From assembly GCF_000008385.1 (NCBI RefSeq), contig NC_006833.1, positions 270,001 through 302,000 on the forward strand: 32,000 bases of DNA, written 5' to 3'. A program made the translations under genes and the position numbers. The DNA is from Wolbachia endosymbiont strain TRS of Brugia malayi. GTDB lineage: Bacteria; Pseudomonadota; Alphaproteobacteria; Rickettsiales; Anaplasmataceae. The first letter of the stretch is position 1. Every line of letters begins with the position of its first letter. Of this stretch, positions 17,111 through 26,916 are shown piece after piece. The notes beneath the pieces were generated by a model. The model was not told where the DNA came from. It saw only the letters and a list, made by a program, of their open reading frames with translations, and did no database searches.

Positions 17111-18853
17111 TTAACCACTTACTGAAGAATGTTCATCTTCTGTGGTATTTGATGATGAAGCAACTAATTTACTCAAAATCTCATCCCTTGGTCCCATAGT
17201 GTAAATAACACCGTCTGACATGAGTATTACTTTATCAGCCAAAGATAATAACGGTAATTTGTGAGTTATGATGATGGTAGTTGTATTTTGCTTCCTTGCA
17301 ACATTGATTGCGTTAATTAAGCATGCCTCTCCATTACTATCTAAGTTAGCATTTGGTTCATCGAGCACCAAAAGTTTTGTATTCCCATAAAAAGCTCTTG
17401 CAAGACCGAGTAGCTGTTTCTGCCCACCAGAGAGCGTCACTCCAAAATTCCCTATCGTTGTATCATACCCATTTGGTAGACTTAGTATTAATTCATGTAT
17501 TCCTGCGATTTTTGCTGCTTTGATTATTTCTTCAGTGTTTGGATCTGGTCTCATACGAGCAATGTTAGCTTTAACACTGGTGTTAAATAACTCAATATCT
17601 TGAGGTAAGTAACCAACATAATTACCAAAAATTTCTCGATTCCAAGTGTATACATCAGCGCCGTCCAGTCTCACTACGCCAGATATGGGTTTCCATACAC
17701 CAACAGTTAGCTTTGCTATGGTTGACTTGCCAGAGGCACTTGGACCAATGACACCAACTACATCACCTGGTTCTATTACAAATGATACGCCCTTTATCGT
17801 TGATTTGTTGCTTCCATAAGGAGTAAAAAATACTCTATCAAATTCCAATTTTCCTGCAGGTTCTGGTAGAGCCATGGTTTGCTCTCTCTTTGGTGACGTT
17901 AATATAAGCCTTTGCAGTCTTTCATATGACATCCTTGCCTGATTTAAAAATTTCCAAGTGTGAACTGCTGCATCAAATGGAGCTAATACTCTACCCATTA
18001 AAATCGAAGCGGCAATGATACTACCAGCAGTCTTATGAGCTGTAATTGCAAGTAATGCACCTGTTCCAATTACCGATATTTGCAGAGTTGAGCGCAAAAA
18101 CTTAGTGATACCAGTAATCACGTTAGAACGATTTTGTGCTTTAATTTGCATTGCTCGGTTTTGGTCGTTTCGTTTACACCAATCAGAGACTATGAATTCT
18201 GACATACCCATAGCTTCAACTACTTCTGCATTTCTTGTTGCAACATCTATGGCATTGATGTTACGTATAGTTTCTTCATTGGTTTCTTGTAATATGCGTT
18301 TAGTGGCAAGCTCATTCCACACTGCCATAGAGACTAATATAATAATTCCGATAGTAGCTATGAACCCTGTGGAAGTATGTATCATAAAGATCACAACAAG
18401 GTAAATTAACGACCATGGAGTGTCGAACAGTGAGAATATACTATTTCCTGTAATAAAATTTTTTATCACTCCAAGATCCCGTATTGCTTCACCACTAGAA
18501 GCTGAGCTTTGTACTGATGTTAGCCTAATTGACCTTACTATCAGGTCTGGTGTTACAGCTTTATCAATCCAATCACCAATTTTTGCCATAGCTAAATATC
18601 GGCAAGTTTCAAGCATTGCAGAGCACGCAAACGCGGATAAGGTGATGATTGTTAGCATAGTTAGTGTTGATACGCTTTCGCTTGATATCACTCGGTCAAG
18701 CACTTGAGAGGTGTAAAGTGGCAGAAATAACATTAATAAATTGATTCCTGAACTGAACCAAAAAATAAACCAAAATGCACTTTTACATTTTCTTAGGCAG
18801 ACATACAGTGTGCTTTGCTTCAATTCTTTTTTTATTGATGGAGTAATTTCCAC
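17111..18853 (-). CDS. Type I secretion system ABC transporter permease/ATPase (PrtD/AprD/HasD family)
   Basis: 580 aa with an N-terminal 6-TM exporter domain and no C39 peptidase domain. Walker A is 'GPSASGKST', the ABC signature is 'LSGGQKQ', and Walker B is 'LLVLDEPNANLD'. Size and layout match PrtD-type T1SS ATPases. Confidence 0.88.
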   Translation of the reverse strand: MEITPSIKKELKQSTLYVCLRKCKSAFWFIFWFSSGINLLMLFLPLYTSQVLDRVISSESVSTLTMLTIITLSAFACSAMLETCRYLAMAKIGDWIDKAVTPDLIVRSIRLTSVQSSASSGEAIRDLGVIKNFITGNSIFSLFDTPWSLIYLVVIFMIHTSTGFIATIGIIILVSMAVWNELATKRILQETNEETIRNINAIDVATRNAEVVEAMGMSEFIVSDWCKRNDQNRAMQIKAQNRSNVITGITKFLRSTLQISVIGTGALLAITAHKTAGSIIAASILMGRVLAPFDAAVHTWKFLNQARMSYERLQRLILTSPKREQTMALPEPAGKLEFDRVFFTPYGSNKSTIKGVSFVIEPGDVVGVIGPSASGKSTIAKLTVGVWKPISGVVRLDGADVYTWNREIFGNYVGYLPQDIELFNTSVKANIARMRPDPNTEEIIKAAKIAGIHELILSLPNGYDTTIGNFGVTLSGGQKQLLGLARAFYGNTKLLVLDEPNANLDSNGEACLINAINVARKQNTTTIIITHKLPLLSLADKVILMSDGVIYTMGPRDEILSKLVASSSNTTEDEHSSVSG

Positions 18854-19040
18854 AATTTCTCTCTTAATCTGATTAATGCACCGTATACAATTTTTATTAC
18901 AAAAATATTAATAAAGGTAGTTATTTTACTTTAAGTTAATATAATAAAATATTAACATATGTAAATAGAAAATATAAACGACAATAAGAAAGAAATAAAA
19001 TTGATATTTTCTTCATTACCTAATTCAGAGTTGGAAATTT

Positions 19041-20048
19041 TTAATAACTTCCCAATTCCCACCTTGGTCTTGGTGCAAAATTGAGGGAGTCTATGTAATC
19101 CTTCTGTAATATTTCAATTCCTGTCCACCCAACCATTACTGCATTGTCTGTACATAGATTAATTGGGGGAAAAAGTATGTTTAAATTTATGTGTTTTTTT
19201 AATTTTTTTCTTAGGAAATTATTTGCTGCAACTCCACCAGTAACTACAAAGTCATTGATCTTGATATTTAAAGATTCGGCCATAATAACCGCATTTTTGA
19301 CTCTATCCAATAATATTTCACTAATACACTCTTGAAATGAAGCGCATACATCACACACATCTTGTTCACTCATTTCAAGTTCTTGTACTAAGTTTTTTAC
19401 TGCAGTTTTGATTCCAGAAAATGAAAAATTACACCCAGGACGTTTTCTCATTGCCCTTGGAAGCTTAAATCTTGTGCCATTGCCTTTTTTAGCTAGCTTT
19501 TCGATTAATGGACCTCCTGGATAGCTTAACCCCAACATCCTAGCAACTTTGTCAAATGCTTCACCTAACGAGTCGTCAAGTGTTTCTCCAAGTTTAATAT
19601 ATTTACCTACATTCTGTGCAATTAAAAATTGGCAGTGACCACCTGATATTAAAAGGACTAGAAATGGAAATTTGACTTCATATAGTAACCTAATAACCAA
19701 CACATGCGCTTCTAGGTGATTAACGGCAATGAATGGTTTTTGTGTTACATGTGCAATTGCTTTTGCCATCATTGTGCCAACTATTAATCCACCTATGAGT
19801 CCTGGTCCTGATGTTGCTGCAGTCGCGTCCAGATTACAAAAATTGAGGTTAGATTTTTCTATAGAGTTTTTTATTAGACTGCTTAGATGCTCCATATGGG
19901 CACGTGACGCTATCTCAGGAATCACACCACCGCGTTTTTTGTGTTCTGTTTGAGAAAGAATTTCTTGAGCAAGGACTTGCTTTTCACTATTTACAATCGC
20001 CACTGCAGTTTCATCGCAGCTTGTTTCAACGGCCAGAATGGTTTTCAT
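19041..20048 (-). CDS. tsaD: tRNA N6-adenosine threonylcarbamoyltransferase
   Basis: 335 aa. The N-terminus 'ILAVETSCDETAVAIV', then 'VNHLEAHV' and 'LLISGGHCQF', are typical of TsaD/Gcp. Confidence 0.93.
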   Translation of the reverse strand: MKTILAVETSCDETAVAIVNSEKQVLAQEILSQTEHKKRGGVIPEIASRAHMEHLSSLIKNSIEKSNLNFCNLDATAATSGPGLIGGLIVGTMMAKAIAHVTQKPFIAVNHLEAHVLVIRLLYEVKFPFLVLLISGGHCQFLIAQNVGKYIKLGETLDDSLGEAFDKVARMLGLSYPGGPLIEKLAKKGNGTRFKLPRAMRKRPGCNFSFSGIKTAVKNLVQELEMSEQDVCDVCASFQECISEILLDRVKNAVIMAESLNIKINDFVVTGGVAANNFLRKKLKKHINLNILFPPINLCTDNAVMVGWTGIEILQKDYIDSLNFAPRPRWELGSY

Positions 20049-20117
20049 TTATATCCAGTTATGTATTACTGAAACTATACTTTAAAATATTGTGAAAGTT
20101 AATTGTATTCTGCTGAG

Positions 20118-20309
20118 TTAATCATCATTTCCAAATATAGAGCTAATCTTTTTGCCTCTAGGAGAAAATTTGTTAATCCAGCTGCTTTGCACTTTGGTTA
20201 CGTCTTTAAAAGCAGTTTTATTGCTGTATTCCTTGATTTCCTTATCCACTGCGTCCATTATTTGTGGATCTAAGCAGCTTTTTTTCCACTGGTCAGTAGC
20301 AAAAGACAC
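20118..20309 (-). CDS. Short hypothetical ORF, possibly another remnant of the adjacent decayed gene(s)
   Basis: 63-aa ORF with no recognisable motif. It lies immediately downstream of the HExxH pseudogene on the same strand, and the upstream in-frame sequence is open but lacks a start. Confidence 0.25.
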   Translation of the reverse strand: MSFATDQWKKSCLDPQIMDAVDKEIKEYSNKTAFKDVTKVQSSWINKFSPRGKKISSIFGNDD

Positions 20310-20381
20310 TTTGTTAAATCTCGGGTGCGAATTAAGTATTCTTTGCCTTTAAGATAAACCTCTTGCGCCTAAGCAAATAGC

Positions 20382-20720
20382 TCAAAATAGTGCAAATAAC
20401 TCAGATGTGCGTGGTTTTGCAGCTTGATAAGCTTGTATTTCTTTAAAGATAACTTGACCAATAATTTTCTGTACAAAAATATTTGCCTGCTTTAAGTTCC
20501 GCTCAATATCTTGATAAACTTTATAGAGAAACTCCTGCTCTAGACTTAAGTTAAGCTCATTTTCAACCATATGTGAAAGTTCATGCACTATAACGTACGG
20601 GTTTAACCTCTTAGTACAATAACATACCTACTTTACACCACAGACAGACCTAATTGTCTTACATACCCCTTCCTCGATGTCCACTAGTTCCTTTTGATAT
20701 ATTTTAAACGAAAGCCTATT
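20382..20720 (-). pseudogene. YgjP/DUF45-like (M48/SprT-like) HExxH metal-dependent hydrolase, disrupted by in-frame stops
   Basis: The minus-strand reading gives 'FKIYQKELVDIEEGVCKTIRSVCGVK*VCYCTKRLNPYVIVHELSHMVENELNLSLEQEF'. This fits the DUF45 pattern '...WGSCs..g.I.ln.rL...p..idYVvvHELaHl.e.nHs..Fw' as I recall it. The zinc motif HELSH is intact but the ORF is broken. Further upstream scraps may extend to 20855. Confidence 0.55.
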
Positions 20721-20995
20721 TTACTTTATTAGCGACAAAGTAAGGTTCAATGTGCTTCCAAACTTCTCAAATTGATAGAGATATTCAATATATTGTACTA
20801 CATTTTCACTGTTCTCTACCTGAGTTGCCCGTTTTATTAAATTTCTGATTATCATACCTTATATTATTAAGGGAATATTTTTTATATTCAAGAATTGAGT
20901 AGGTATAAAATGCTTTCCATTTACTTGGGTAACACCTTTTCTAAAAGGCCCATGACTAAACATCAAAGTCATGTACATTATATTATGTAGATTAG

Positions 20996-21579
20996 CTATG
21001 CAATAGCATTCTCGTCAAGAAGGCCTTTAGTAGGCTCAGGTTCTTTTACTCCACTCAATTTACTTGACACTTTATCAACAATCCAAGTCAGTGGTGTCAT
21101 AATTAACGCAGCAGTTCAGATAACAGCTGAAACAATGTAAGATAGGAGTGAACCAAAGAAATCGGCACATTTTCCACCATATCGTTCCGCTGTGTGCTGC
21201 CAATCATTTGAATATTCTACGAGAGATTTCGGGCCTTCTGTTCCTTTGAAATATGAAAATAATTTTTTTGGCAAGTACATAAGATATGCAACTCCTGTAT
21301 AGAGTACAAGTAATAAATTTGCAAAGCCAGAATAGCAATCATTGCGTCCGTGCCCCAAACTACTTTCTCTCTTCTTCCCATAGTTATTCCTGAAGTGTTA
21401 AGATCATGCTTTACTCCTACGAGCATGCCCTTAATTGGCCATAAAACGCTATTGATATAGTAAACGGATTTATAAAAACTATTTTGTAGAACTTTGCTGC
21501 CATTATTTTGTTCTACAGCAGGAACAGTTCCTTGTTGAGCATATTGCTTAAAATTGTTATATGTTAATGTAATCAACAC
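20996..21579 (-). pseudogene. Hypothetical membrane protein gene with a frameshift and an in-frame TGA
   Basis: ORFs 21217-21579 and 21116-21358 overlap in different frames on the same strand. After the TGA at 21116-21118 the frame stays open for 39 more codons ('TAALIMTPLTWIVDKVSS...'). Hydrophobic segments such as 'FANLLLVLYTGVAYLMYLP' are present. No family recognised. Confidence 0.55.
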
Positions 21580-21755
21580 ATTAATCTCCTAAAAAATTAT
21601 ATAATGAAAAATGTAATTATTATTTACATTACTATATTAGTATAACCTTTTTTTAAGTAATTGCAATGGATGCTCAATATTTTAACTAAATTATATATTG
21701 CACAGGAGCACATATTATCCTACTATAGAAGTAGGTCAAAAATGAAGAGTTTAGC

Positions 21756-22364
21756 ATGAATTTTACTTTACCTGAGTTACCATATGATAAAACAGCTTTA
21801 GAACCTTACATATCTGCAAAAACCTTAGATTTTCATTATGATAAGCATCATAAGGGATATTTAAATAAGCTCAATGAACTAATTGAGAATACAGATTATC
21901 AAAATGTGAAAATTGAGGAATTAATAATGAAAGTTCACGGCAATAGTGACGAAGTTCCTGTGTTCAACAATGCTGCACAAGTTTGGAACCACACTTTTTA
22001 TTGGAATTCAATGAAAAAAAGTGGTGGTGATAAGCCTAAAGAAGATGGTCTTTTAGCAAAAAAAATTCAAGATGATATTGGTGGCTTTGATAAGTTCCAT
22101 GAGGAATTTTTCAATCATGGAATAGGCCAGTTTGGTAGTGGATGGGTATGGTTAGTGCTTGAAAGAGGGAAACTCAAGATCACCAAAACTCCAAATGCGG
22201 ATTTACCATTAATTTATGATCAAGTACCACTACTCACTATGGATGTATGGGAGCATGCCTATTACTTAGATTGTCAAAATCGTAGAATTGACTACATAAA
22301 GATCTTTCTTGACCACTTAATTAATTGGGATTTTGCAGAAGAGAATTTAAAGAAGAATACATAG
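21756..22364 (+). CDS. sodB: Fe/Mn-family superoxide dismutase (Fe-type likely)
   Basis: 202 aa. The N-terminus 'LPELPYDKTALEPYISAKTLDFHYDKHH' and the metal-binding 'DVWEHAYYLD' are present. Confidence 0.93.
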   Translation: MNFTLPELPYDKTALEPYISAKTLDFHYDKHHKGYLNKLNELIENTDYQNVKIEELIMKVHGNSDEVPVFNNAAQVWNHTFYWNSMKKSGGDKPKEDGLLAKKIQDDIGGFDKFHEEFFNHGIGQFGSGWVWLVLERGKLKITKTPNADLPLIYDQVPLLTMDVWEHAYYLDCQNRRIDYIKIFLDHLINWDFAEENLKKNT

Positions 22365-22371
22365 GATAAAT

Positions 22372-23637
22372 GTGCCAGAGGTAACAAAACTAGATAATGG
22401 TCTGCGTATAATAACTGAGCAGATGCGTGATATTGATTCTGTAGCTTTGAATATACGAGTTGGTGTTGGCAGTAGAGCTGAAAGTGCAAATCAAAATGGA
22501 ATATCCCATTTTCTAGAACACATGGCTTTCAAAGGAACAAAGACAAGAACTGCATTTGAAATTGCAAAAACTTTTGACGATATAGGTGGAGTGTTCAATG
22601 CTAGCACCGGTAGAGAGCGCACAAGTTACTATGCAAAAGTTCTCAAGAAAGACGTAAAAATTGGTATCGATATATTAATAGATATATTAATGAATTCTAC
22701 ATTTCCAAAGGATGAGTTGGAACGTGAAAAGGGTGTTGTAATACAAGAGATTTTTCAAATCAATGATTCACCTAGTGACATCATTTTCGATAAATATTTT
22801 GAGGCAGCTTACAAAGATCAACCATTTGGTAGGTCGATTTTAGGTACGCAAGATACTGTAAAATCGTTTGCTCAAGGGGACCTAAATAACTACATAAACG
22901 AACATTACTTTGGCGAGAATATAATATTTGCTGTTGCTGGCAACGTTGAGCACGAGGAAATTGCTCAGTTAACCAAAGATTTTCTCTCAAAGGTTTCTTC
23001 TCAAAAACTAAAAGAAAGCCAAAATGCAAACTGCACTGGTGGTGAGTATTTGGAGCACCGTAAATTAGATCAAGTGCACTTGCTAATAGGTTTTCCTAGT
23101 GTTTCTTGCCATGATGATAGGTATCATACGTTTCAAGTACTTGATTCTATACTAGGAAGCGGAATGTCATCACGTCTATTCCAGGAAGTAAGAGAAAAGC
23201 AAGGGCTAGCTTACTCTGTCTATTCATTTAATTCCAGTTATACTGATACGGGAATGCTTTCCATTTTTGCTGGCACAGACAGTAGTAACTTAGATAAGCT
23301 TTTAAAATCCATAACGACGGAGTTGAAAAAATTATCTACAAATGATCTGAGGGAAGAAGAAGTAAATAGAGTGAAAGAGCGAATTAAATCCCAAATTTTA
23401 ATGTCGCGTGAAAGTGTTAGTTCTTGTGCTGAAGCTTTGGAACACTACTATGGTAACTATAATAGATACATCAGCAAAGATGAACTGATAGAAAAAACTA
23501 GCGCGGTTACCACCGCTGATGTAAAAAGAGCAGTGGAAGAATTGCTATCTAAGCACGAAAAAACTACTTTAGCTGCAATTGGAGAAATTAAATCATTGCC
23601 GGGCTACGATAAAGTGGTTTCTATGCTTAGGGCTTAG
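22372..23637 (+). CDS. M16-family zinc peptidase (pitrilysin / mitochondrial-processing-peptidase-like)
   Basis: 421 aa with the inverted zinc motif HxxEH in 'GISHFLEHMAFKGT' and a downstream Glu-containing region 'EREKGVVIQEI'. Confidence 0.9.
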   Translation: MPEVTKLDNGLRIITEQMRDIDSVALNIRVGVGSRAESANQNGISHFLEHMAFKGTKTRTAFEIAKTFDDIGGVFNASTGRERTSYYAKVLKKDVKIGIDILIDILMNSTFPKDELEREKGVVIQEIFQINDSPSDIIFDKYFEAAYKDQPFGRSILGTQDTVKSFAQGDLNNYINEHYFGENIIFAVAGNVEHEEIAQLTKDFLSKVSSQKLKESQNANCTGGEYLEHRKLDQVHLLIGFPSVSCHDDRYHTFQVLDSILGSGMSSRLFQEVREKQGLAYSVYSFNSSYTDTGMLSIFAGTDSSNLDKLLKSITTELKKLSTNDLREEEVNRVKERIKSQILMSRESVSSCAEALEHYYGNYNRYISKDELIEKTSAVTTADVKRAVEELLSKHEKTTLAAIGEIKSLPGYDKVVSMLRA

Positions 23638-24128
23638 TTTGTTCTATACGTCTTTACCAGATCCTTTGCCAAAGATGTTGCAAAATGATTGAAAAACCCT
23701 TTCCATGAAAAGCTTGCTTTCTTGTTCACAAAATAAGATATCTTTTGTTTAAGACATCAGTCTCACTATTTTGTAAAAATGAAGGCTTTCTGTTGCTTGT
23801 ATACCAGGACAAGACAGTTAAAATTCCTTCTATAACTTAGGCAAGCAGCTATAGGAAGTACGGTACCTACTGCAACTACAAGTTACATTAACAATAATCC
23901 AATTAGGGATGTGATGACTGAAATACAGAACGCTATTTGATATTTTTCCTTATTACTAGCCATGAATACCTCACAAAATAATACTTTCAATATATCGGTA
24001 TTGTCGCGTATTGTCAAATTTTTAGGAAGATTAAAAAATGTAGCGCATATGTGCAATACGTTAATTCTTGAGTTTATCTTATGCTTTATCAAATTTTATT
24101 ATTGTACGTACTATTGTAACAAGTCTAG

Positions 24129-24278
24129 TTATTTTTTCTTTCTATAAGATTCTCTTCTGTGTTTTATCGAAGTAATGATTAATTCACACGTTGCAGCGTC
24201 TACTGTATAAATAATACGATAATCACTAACTTGTAATCTTTTGTAGAAAGCATTATTTTCTTTCACCAAACTTGACAT
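24129..24278 (-). pseudogene. RelE/ParE-family toxin remnant (C-terminal half only)
   Basis: My own translation of the minus strand gives 'MSSLVKENNAFYKRLQVSDYRIIYTVDAATCELIITSIKHRRESYRKKK*' (49 codons, absent from the >=60-aa track). 'YRxRvGDYRiiYxvd...i.i..I.HRkevY' is the classic RelE/ParE C-terminal core. About 40 N-terminal residues are missing and no antitoxin ORF lies upstream. Confidence 0.6.
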
Positions 24279-24344
24279 GAAATGGTATTGTAATTAATAC
24301 TTAAGCAGTTCATTTAATTTTATCGTTAACAATTAGGGTTAAAT

Positions 24345-24779
24345 ATGTTCATTTCTGAAGTTTTTGCGGCAGATGCAGCTAGTAATGTATCAAGCATTGG
24401 TGCACCTTTTGCTAATTTTGTTCCATTGATTTTAATATGTATAGTATTTTATTTCTTTATCATTCGCCCAAACCACAAGAAACTAAAAGAACATAGAAAG
24501 ATGATAGATCAAATAAAGCGTGGTGATATAGTTGTTACCTCTGGTGGGATAATGGGTGAGGTTAACAAGGTTGATGAAGCAAATGCACAACTTATAATAG
24601 AAATAGCCCCGAAAGTTGAGATAAAAGTCCTAAAGACCGCTATATCCGAAGTTTCAAACAAAGAAACTCAAACCAAATCAATTGAAAAGGGTCAAACCGA
24701 GAAGGACAGCAAAAAGAGCCAAAATCAATCAGAGAAAAATAAAAAGGGGAAAGATAGTAAAGGTAAAAATACTTCATAA
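24345..24779 (+). CDS. yajC: preprotein translocase subunit YajC, with an extended Lys/Ser/Gln-rich C-terminal tail
   Basis: The YajC core is present: 'FVPLILICIVFYFFIIRPNHKKLKEHRKMIDQIKRGDIVVTSGGIMGEVNKVDE'. A low-complexity tail of about 40 aa follows: 'KETQTKSIEKGQTEKDSKKSQNQSEKNKKGKDSKGKNTS'. Confidence 0.88.
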   Translation: MFISEVFAADAASNVSSIGAPFANFVPLILICIVFYFFIIRPNHKKLKEHRKMIDQIKRGDIVVTSGGIMGEVNKVDEANAQLIIEIAPKVEIKVLKTAISEVSNKETQTKSIEKGQTEKDSKKSQNQSEKNKKGKDSKGKNTS

Positions 24780-24803
24780 CTCTAAAGAAAGGTTCAATTA
24801 GTT

Positions 24804-26624
24804 GTGTGTGGGATATTTGGTGCAGTAAGTGATGGTGATTCAGTAATACCAACTTTGCTGGCTGGGTTGCGGAAATTGGAGTATAGGGGGTATGACTCTT
24901 CAGGTATAGCAATCATAAACAATGAGGGCAAAATAGAAGTTCAAAAATCAGAAGGCAAAGTCGAGAGGTTATGTGAAGTTGTCGGTAACAGCAGGATGTC
25001 TAGCAGTACGGTTGGCATAGCACATACTCGCTGGGCTACACATGGAATCCCTGACCTTAAAAATGCTCATCCCATTCGTACAAATAATGTTGTTGTTGCT
25101 CACAACGGCGTAATTGAGAATTACAATCTGCTAAAAAAGGGTTTAGAAGAAAGGGGAATACCGTTTCATACTGACACCGACACAGAGGTTATACCAAATA
25201 TGTTAACCCTATATCTTAATGAAGGATTGTCACCTATTGATTCTTTATTTAAGTGTTTAAGCAACCTACACGGCTCATTCGCTTTAGTCCTATTATTTGC
25301 GGAATATCCAGATGTTCTATTTGTTGCGAAAAGAAGTTTACCTTTAGCAATAGGCTATAATTATAATACTGTGTTTGCTGCATCTGATTCTAACACTTTA
25401 AATACACTGGTGGAAAGAATATCGTACCTCGAGGATAATGACGTTGCAGTGATAAAATCTAGCGGAGTGAGTATATATAACAACGGTGCACAAGTAAAAC
25501 GCAGCATAGAAAACAATAGTTCAAGTAGCTTTCTAATCAGCAAAAACGGTTACTCTAGCTTTATGCTAAAGGAGATTTTTGAGCAGCCCTGTGTATTAAA
25601 CAAAACAATAAATCAATTTTATAAAAAATATACAGAGGTAATATCTACTAGTAAAAAATTATTTTCCAAACTTAGTTACATTACTATAGTTGGGTGCGGG
25701 TCATCTTACTTTGCTGGGCTAATAGCGAAATATTGGTTAGAAAGTGTTGCTCAAGTGCGGGTATACTTGGAAATCTCATCAGAATTTAGGTATAGCAACA
25801 TAAGACTAGAAGAAGGGAGCATTGGGTTATTCATCTCACAATCCGGAGAAACTGCCGATACCATGGAAGCATTACGCTATGCGAAATCACAAAAGCAAAC
25901 AACCATTAGTATAACTAACACGTTTAACAGCGGCATTGAAAAAATCTCAGATGTTGTGTTACATACTCTTGCTGGGCCAGAAATTGGTGTTGCTTCAACA
26001 AAAACCTTTTCCACGCAGCTTGCTATTTTAGCATGCTTTACCTTAGAGCTTGCAAAAATAAAAGATACAATAGATGAAAAAAGAACAAAGCAGCTGAGTA
26101 ATGCTATCAATTCTATTCCAGAATACGTTGAATACGTTTTAAATGTAATAAAAATACAACACATACCAGACATTATATTAGAACACAATAGCATTATTTT
26201 AATTGGTAGAGGAAGCTCATATGGAGTTGCAATGGAAGGTGCATTGAAGATAAAAGAACTTTCATACATTAATACTATTGGTATTGCAGCAGGGGAGATG
26301 AAGCATGGTTCGATTGCCTTGATAGATTCATCTGTACTTGTTATAGCAATTATTCCATACGACAATTTATTTTTTAAAACATTGTCTAATATACAAGAAG
26401 TCATCGCAAGAAAAGGCAAAGTGATTGCTTTTAGTGACAAGCAAGGAGTGCCATTCTTAAGAGAGATTTGTAAAGAAGTAATTCAACTTCCAGACATTGA
26501 TAATTTTATCTCTCCAATAATTTATAGTGTTGCTATGCAATTTCTTGCCCATTCTGTTGCAATAGAAAAAGGGCTAGATGCCGATTGTCCAAGAAACCTG
26601 GCCAAATCTGTTACGGTTGAGTAA
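24804..26624 (+). CDS. glmS: glutamine--fructose-6-phosphate aminotransferase (isomerising)
   Basis: 606 aa with a GTG start giving 'MCGIFG' (Ntn Cys2 nucleophile). Two SIS domains contain 'ISQSGETADT', and the C-terminal 'KSVTVE' is present. Confidence 0.95.
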   Translation: MCGIFGAVSDGDSVIPTLLAGLRKLEYRGYDSSGIAIINNEGKIEVQKSEGKVERLCEVVGNSRMSSSTVGIAHTRWATHGIPDLKNAHPIRTNNVVVAHNGVIENYNLLKKGLEERGIPFHTDTDTEVIPNMLTLYLNEGLSPIDSLFKCLSNLHGSFALVLLFAEYPDVLFVAKRSLPLAIGYNYNTVFAASDSNTLNTLVERISYLEDNDVAVIKSSGVSIYNNGAQVKRSIENNSSSSFLISKNGYSSFMLKEIFEQPCVLNKTINQFYKKYTEVISTSKKLFSKLSYITIVGCGSSYFAGLIAKYWLESVAQVRVYLEISSEFRYSNIRLEEGSIGLFISQSGETADTMEALRYAKSQKQTTISITNTFNSGIEKISDVVLHTLAGPEIGVASTKTFSTQLAILACFTLELAKIKDTIDEKRTKQLSNAINSIPEYVEYVLNVIKIQHIPDIILEHNSIILIGRGSSYGVAMEGALKIKELSYINTIGIAAGEMKHGSIALIDSSVLVIAIIPYDNLFFKTLSNIQEVIARKGKVIAFSDKQGVPFLREICKEVIQLPDIDNFISPIIYSVAMQFLAHSVAIEKGLDADCPRNLAKSVTVE

Positions 26625-26880
26625 TCCACTCTTTTATTGTCATGCCAGTGCTTCAACAAACAACTGCACGAAATCATGATTTAAAAAACAGAGAGCTGGA
26701 GCGGAAATCCATTTTACAGGCCTTAAGAACCCTTATATGGGGATGTTTTAGACCTAAAATTTATCCTTAATCTTTATTTAAGTGACAAAAGCACATTATT
26801 AAACTAGGTGTGTTATGTTTAATTTTTCTTATATAGACACTCCATGTCTTTATAAATTTTTATCTACGTTAGCTGAATCT

Positions 26881-26916
26881 CGCTTATTAAGTAATGTAAT
26901 AAGCGCCAAGTTTTTG
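26881..26916 (+). terminator. Candidate intrinsic terminator hairpin
   Basis: A perfect 9-bp stem, 'cgcttatta' (26881-26889) with 'taataagcg' (26897-26905), encloses a 7-nt loop. It is followed by 'ccaagttttt'. It sits about 260 bp after the glmS stop, so it may end a small independent transcript. Confidence 0.3.

Noticed and set aside
16322-18853. Search for a HlyD-family membrane-fusion gene adjacent to the T1SS ABC gene
   Set aside because: No ORF with the expected size (about 400-450 aa) and topology flanks it. The 202-aa and 479-aa neighbours have the wrong size and TM placement for HlyD-type MFPs.
23883-24092. 69-aa ORF, or its internal 26-aa 'MASNKEKYQIAFCISVITSLIGLLLM', considered as a type I toxin-like peptide
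   Set aside because: Hydrophobic sequence continues past the stop in another frame ('VVAVGTVLPIAACL'). It looks like a fragment of a decayed membrane protein rather than a discrete small toxin, and no antisense RNA evidence is available.
25877-26440. 187-aa minus-strand ORF
   Set aside because: It lies entirely antisense within the well-supported glmS CDS. The sequence is low-complexity and hydrophobic, typical of a shadow ORF in AT-rich DNA.
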